The position numbers were made by a program, and so were the translations under genes. A stretch of DNA of 63,372 nt, counting the filler. It is 6 parts of 6 records of this genome, joined end to end, with 100 filler letters (N's around TTAATTAATTAA, not from the genome) between each part and the next. Parts side by side here need not be neighbours in the genome. Positions count along the whole stretch, not along the records: positions 57,871 to 63,372 come from SRR31156797_7514; 5 more parts are not named here. One strand, written 5' to 3'. Below the pieces are notes generated by a model, which was given only the letters and a program-made list of their open reading frames with translations, had not been told where the DNA came from and made no database searches. Below are positions 59,253 to 63,372 of the stretch, piece after piece (position 1 is the stretch's first letter; the number at the start of each line of letters is the position of its first letter).

Positions 59253-59283
59253 ATACAGGAGCCCCAGGAAAAGGATACTTGAA

Positions 59284-59739
59284 ATGGAACACGAACCTGC
59301 AATGCCTGCTTCCACAGCGTGGGTGCGTCGTTGGGTTCTTCCCTGGCAGATCGTTCATCTGCTTGGGTCGGCTGGTTGGAATGCGGCCGGAGTGGTCCTG
59401 ATATCGCAGGGCCGGCAACCACTCGGACCGACGGCCTCGCTCACTGTCGCTTTGGTGTTGCTTGTCCTTGGTATGGGGCTTTTGATCGGGCTTAGCCGCT
59501 CGCGACCTCTTTATATAACGATCTCTGTACTCCTTGGATTGGGGGCGCTTTTAGCAGTCAGACAGGCGATCGTTGGAGAGGCGTCACTCTGGCCGTCCGC
59601 TTTCTGGCGTTGGGCTGGTGCGGGCCTCAATCTTGAAGGTCTTGTCGCCAATCTCACCGGCGTTGCGTTAGCGCTTTTCCGGCGCGGTGCGCCACGAATC
59701 CACAACCCTCAGAATCGCAGGACAGGAGGCGGCCCCTGA
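59284..59739 (+). CDS. Hypothetical membrane protein, about 4 TM helices
   Basis: AAGGA RBS upstream; four hydrophobic segments; WN..GV.LI..G...LGPTAS. Confidence 0.65.
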   Translation: MEHEPAMPASTAWVRRWVLPWQIVHLLGSAGWNAAGVVLISQGRQPLGPTASLTVALVLLVLGMGLLIGLSRSRPLYITISVLLGLGALLAVRQAIVGEASLWPSAFWRWAGAGLNLEGLVANLTGVALALFRRGAPRIHNPQNRRTGGGP

Positions 59740-60155
59740 CTCTCGACGTCTGGGTTAGCGAGAAAGCTCGATGTTTGGAACCGCCGGATTTCCTTCGCCT
59801 CCCAAGTTCATATTGGATTGCGGAGCGGCGCCCACGCACGCGTTCACGTATTGGCGGGGCCAAGCGGACAGCTTTTCCGCTCCGCCGCCATTACCAGGCT
59901 GTTTTGGGACATGCCCGACAGCAGGATTTATGCTTGATCCTGAGTATGTCAGGGATTACGATGTCTTGAGCGGGGAAAAGGTTATATTGTGAAAGAGATT
60001 GGCTAAAATTAGCCATCTTTAAAGATGGGATATAAACCCTCTGGTACAGATTAACGCCTCAACAATCGGCAAAAGCTGGTTCTGGTGGATTGAAACAACA
60101 AAATTGCGGACTTTGCCGCAAAATGCCCGATTTGATCAACAAAGGAGAAATAGCG

Positions 60156-61268
60156 ATGCGTACTAAAGGTTTGATTGTTTGCCTGCTGAGTTTGGCTCTT
60201 CTATTCAGCGCCCATGTCGCGACCGTGGAGGCATGCACAGGTATCAGGCTGTTGACTGAAGATGGATCGACAGTATACGGCAGAAGCATGGAATGGGGAT
60301 CGTTCGACCTCAACTCCAGGGTGGCTATTATCCCTCGGGGGTATGCTTTCACCGGGTTGACTCCCGACGGATATAACGGCAAAAAGTGGTCGGCAAAATA
60401 TGGCCTGGTTGGTCTTGATATGCTGGAAAAAGACCCGATTGCTGACGGCATGAATGAAAAAGGATTAACCGCCGGTCTATTTTATCACCCCGGCTTTGCC
60501 GAATACATGGAATACGATCCTGCTCAGGCTGGCAACACCATCACCGCGGTTGATGTTGCGTCCTATATCCTTTCTCAGTTTGCCACCATAGATGAAGTCA
60601 AAAGCGGAATGGCCGGCGTGCGTGTCGTGCCGGTAGTGGAAGAGGCTTTGGGCATTCCGGTCCATGCACATTGGATGGTAACCGAACCTTCCGGAAAATC
60701 GATTGTTATCGAATATCTGAGCGGTAAACTACGTATCTTTGACAATCCCGTGGGCGTCATAACCAATGCTCCCAGTTTTGACTGGCACATGACCAATCTG
60801 CGTAACTACCTGAATCTTTCCGCCGTGGCCCTGCCGACGAAAAAACTTGAGGAAATGAACTTTGCTCCAATTGGCGCCGGAAGCGGCATGATCGGACTTC
60901 CCGGCGACAACACGCCTCCATCACGCCTTATCCGGGCCGTGGCCTGGACTCAAACCGCCCGGCCTTTAAATAATTCTGATGAAGCCATCTATGAGCTTTT
61001 TCGAATTCTTGACAACTTTAATCTGCCTTTAGGCGGGGCTGAAGGTTCTGGCAGCGACGCCGACAACCTGGAAGGCATGCGCAGTTCAACCATTTGGACC
61101 ACAGGATGGGATACGGACGAAAAAATACTCTATTTCCATACACAGCATAATAGGCGCCTCCGCAAAGTAGACTTGAATAAATTGGATTTCACAAAGAAAA
61201 AGATCGAACATATCACCCTCGATATTAAAAAAGAGCAGGATGTTTTAGACATCACGCCAAAAAAATGA
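60156..61268 (+). CDS. Exported choloylglycine hydrolase / penicillin V acylase family Ntn hydrolase
   Basis: AAGGAG RBS before ATG at 60156, signal peptide ending VEA then nucleophile CTGIRL, GRSME, DGMNEKGL, TNAP.FDWH..NL.NY, GLPGD.TPPSR. Confidence 0.92.
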   Translation: MRTKGLIVCLLSLALLFSAHVATVEACTGIRLLTEDGSTVYGRSMEWGSFDLNSRVAIIPRGYAFTGLTPDGYNGKKWSAKYGLVGLDMLEKDPIADGMNEKGLTAGLFYHPGFAEYMEYDPAQAGNTITAVDVASYILSQFATIDEVKSGMAGVRVVPVVEEALGIPVHAHWMVTEPSGKSIVIEYLSGKLRIFDNPVGVITNAPSFDWHMTNLRNYLNLSAVALPTKKLEEMNFAPIGAGSGMIGLPGDNTPPSRLIRAVAWTQTARPLNNSDEAIYELFRILDNFNLPLGGAEGSGSDADNLEGMRSSTIWTTGWDTDEKILYFHTQHNRRLRKVDLNKLDFTKKKIEHITLDIKKEQDVLDITPKK

Positions 61269-61313
61269 TCCCGACTGAAAGTAACCGGGTATTCAAAATA
61301 AGGACATGAACTC

Positions 61314-61346
61314 CAGGTTAAGTTTTAATGCATGAAACTTAACCTG
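61314..61346. repeat. Perfect 12-bp inverted repeat
   Basis: CAGGTTAAGTTT-9 nt-AAACTTAACCTG. Confidence 0.75.
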
Positions 61347-61375
61347 AAGGCGATATGTTCGCCAATGCGGCAGCC

Positions 61376-61411
61376 AAAAGGGCGCCCCCGCGTGTGCAGG
61401 GACGCCCTTTT
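61376..61411 (+). terminator. Intrinsic terminator, possibly bidirectional
   Basis: AAAAGGGCG-C-CCC...GGG-A-CGCCCTTTT followed by ATGTTTT. Confidence 0.72.
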
Positions 61412-61560
61412 ATGTTTTGGCGATTCGGGTATAAGCGCCTATGACATCCATACACCCAATGGTCTTTTTAACAATTATAACGAAATTCGTTATTCCGTCA
61501 CAACGTCACTTTAATGTAACTCGACTATGGCTAATTATTACCGGGTTCAATATATTGTGC

Positions 61561-61589
61561 TTGACTATGAGGCGTATACAATCTATAGT
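61561..61589 (+). promoter_or_regulatory. Sigma70-type promoter of the PIN-PhoH gene
   Basis: TTGACT-17 nt-TATAGT. Confidence 0.62.
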
Positions 61590-61711
61590 AGGCTAACAAT
61601 AAGAAATCCAATATAATCAACCGGAAGGCCGACGGCCTCATCCAGACTTTCAGTGCAACAAGGATTTAGCTGGATACCGCCGAAGGCAGTCCCGGCAGGA
61701 GCAAAACCTAG

Positions 61712-63082
61712 ATGCCCAAGACCTTTGTACTGGATACAAATGTTCTCCTCCATACCCCCAATTCACTTTTTGTCTTTGAAGAAAATGATGTAGTAATTCC
61801 ATTGGCAGTTATCGAAGAAATCGACAATCAGAAAAGGCGTCAGGACGAAATTGGTCGAAACGCCAGAGAAGTATCAAGAATTCTGGATAAATTGCGGAGC
61901 AAAGGCGACTTGTCAAAGGGAGTCGTCTTGCCCGGCGGTGGATTTTTACGAGTTGAAGTAAACCATTCAAGCCTTGATGAGTTGCCGGTGAGCCTTGACG
62001 TACTTGACGCGGGCAAGCCGGATAACAGGATTCTGGCCGTAGCCCTGAACCTTTCAAGAACCGATTTGAACAATGACGTTATCCTTATTTCCAAGGACCT
62101 TAATTTACGTGTAAAAGCAGATGTCCTTGGAGTTAACGCCGAAGATCTGACCAACGATAAGGTGGATTTCAAGAGCTTGTATTCCGGGCAGGTCGAATTG
62201 AACGTAACCAAGGATAATTTGGATGAGTTTTATTCAGATAAAAGCCTGGCCCTGCCGGAAGCCGATTCTCTTTTTCCTAATCAGTTCACTGTGTTGAAAT
62301 GTGTGGATAATTGCTCTGTATCCGGATTGGCGCGCAGAAACGGCAAGAATCTCGTTCCGCTGGCCGCCCAGATGTCGCCGGAATGTTTCGGCCTTCGCGC
62401 CAGAAACAAGGAACAGATATTTGCCTTGGATTTACTTTCAAATGATGAAATAAAAATTGTCACCCTGGCCGGAGGCGCCGGCACCGGAAAAACCCTGCTG
62501 GCGCTTTCCGCCGGCCTGGAACAGGTATTGGAAAAAAACATATATGACAAACTTCTGGTCACCCGGCCGGTAATACCTCTTGACGGCCAGGATCTCGGGT
62601 TTTTACCGGGAGATAAAAATGAGAAAATCAGGCCGTGGATGCAGCCTATTTTCGACAACCTTGAATACCTTTTCAAGTCCGGTCAGTCAGGTCTTTCCAC
62701 AGTTGGAAAAACAAAAAACGGCAAACACGGATCAAAGCAACTGATGGATATTGAAGAATATTTGACTTTTGCGGGACGGATTGAGCTCGAAGCTTTATCT
62801 TATATCAGGGGACGGAGCATCGCCCGCCAGTTCATTATTGTTGATGAAGCCCAGAATTGCACCCAGCATGCGATTAAAAGTCTGCTGACCCGTGTCGGCG
62901 ACGGATCAAAAATTATCTTTACCGGAGACGTGGAACAGATCGATCACCCTTACCTTGATTCATCCAGTAATGGCTTGACTATCTTAATAGAAAAACTAAA
63001 GGAATCAGAATTAAGCGGCCATGTAACTCTTCTTAAAGGGGAACGGTCTCTCGTGGCTGAACTGGGCGCCAAGTTATTGTAA
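61712..63082 (+). CDS. PhoH family ATPase with N-terminal PIN domain (PhoH2/YlaK-like)
   Basis: PIN motifs FVLDTNVLL, DNRIL, SKDLNLR; Walker A GGAGTGKT, LGFLPG, RGRS, IVDEAQN, TGD..Q.D. Confidence 0.93.
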   Translation: MPKTFVLDTNVLLHTPNSLFVFEENDVVIPLAVIEEIDNQKRRQDEIGRNAREVSRILDKLRSKGDLSKGVVLPGGGFLRVEVNHSSLDELPVSLDVLDAGKPDNRILAVALNLSRTDLNNDVILISKDLNLRVKADVLGVNAEDLTNDKVDFKSLYSGQVELNVTKDNLDEFYSDKSLALPEADSLFPNQFTVLKCVDNCSVSGLARRNGKNLVPLAAQMSPECFGLRARNKEQIFALDLLSNDEIKIVTLAGGAGTGKTLLALSAGLEQVLEKNIYDKLLVTRPVIPLDGQDLGFLPGDKNEKIRPWMQPIFDNLEYLFKSGQSGLSTVGKTKNGKHGSKQLMDIEEYLTFAGRIELEALSYIRGRSIARQFIIVDEAQNCTQHAIKSLLTRVGDGSKIIFTGDVEQIDHPYLDSSSNGLTILIEKLKESELSGHVTLLKGERSLVAELGAKLL

Positions 63083-63101
63083 TTATTCATTCATAAGTTA
63101 T

Positions 63102-63126
63102 ACCACCGGCTTTGCCGGTGGTTTTT
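63102..63126 (+). terminator. Intrinsic terminator after PIN-PhoH
   Basis: ACCACCGGC-TTT-GCCGGTGGT, a perfect 9-bp stem followed by Ts. Confidence 0.75.
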
Positions 63127-63282
63127 GATTATTACACAGTTGCATATAGTCTTGTAAAAGCCGGCGCACAAGACGAAAGAACAGCCTTAAACGGGGCCGG
63201 CTTTTTAACGCCCTTTCCAAAATTCTAATGCAAAATAAGGCTTAAAGGAAAAATTGCTTGAAACATTGTTCGCTTAGTTCTA

Positions 63283-63372
63283 TTATTCATTCTTGGATGT
63301 TGCAGTAACCTTCTTATATGAATCTATGTGCAAAATCCTTGATTTATCAAGGTCATTTTCGGCGGAGCCGAA
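63283..63372 (-). CDS. Possible 3' end of a convergent gene cut by the window edge
   Basis: Open frame from the edge, FGSAENDLDKSRILHIDSYKKVTATSKNE*; no recognisable motif. Confidence 0.3.
   Translation of the reverse strand, partial: FGSAENDLDKSRILHIDSYKKVTATSKNE

Noticed and set aside
59771..59992. Overlapping 64-73 aa ORFs
   Set aside because: No RBS or motifs, and several frames are open with atypical composition
61332..61514. 60-aa ORF as a possible antitoxin for PIN-PhoH
   Set aside because: It runs through a palindrome and a terminator, has no clear RBS, and ends upstream of the PhoH promoter
61640..61700. Glycine riboswitch (CTTTCAG and GCCGAAGG words)
   Set aside because: The words are in the wrong order for one aptamer, the GGAGA element and P2 stem are missing, and the downstream gene is unrelated to glycine

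Overview
The window is not one locus. It consists of six unrelated contigs joined by five identical 100-nt linkers (44 N + TTAATTAATTAA + 44 N), so gene context is only meaningful inside each block. Taxon labels are inferred from composition and gene content. (1) 1-12223: AT-rich, Campylobacterota-like; ilvC end, polysaccharide deacetylase, dprA, an extra-AT-rich GHKL-ATPase/PD-(D/E)xK nuclease fusion, a gluconate-dehydrogenase-like pair, a secreted KCG-repeat peptide, and an argD-tolC-methyltransferase-thiS-molybdoenzyme operon. (2) 12324-24641: GC-rich, spirochaete-like; UPF0164 barrel, a large TPR protein, a 1575-aa membrane PP2C/SpoIIE phosphatase, envelope proteins, xseAB. (3) 24742-30007: Desulfobacteraceae-like; icd end, a receiver-domain remnant, RNase II family, Smr, mltG, FAD oxidoreductase end. 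(4) 30108-41122: Clostridia-like housekeeping; tkt, DUF proteins, dnaD/dnaC-like, purB, rpsR, ssb. (5) 41223-57770: nonulosonic-acid biosynthesis and tailoring cluster with four radical SAM enzymes, plus a two-component system. (6) 57871-63372: amidohydrolase, small membrane protein, Ntn hydrolase, PIN-PhoH. I saw no rRNA, tRNA, CRISPR array or intact transposase. The best leads are the stand-alone ATPase-nuclease, the radical-SAM-rich nonulosonate cluster, the orphan KCG peptide and the spirochaetal barrel-TPR-phosphatase module. All product calls come from motif reading by eye, not database searches.
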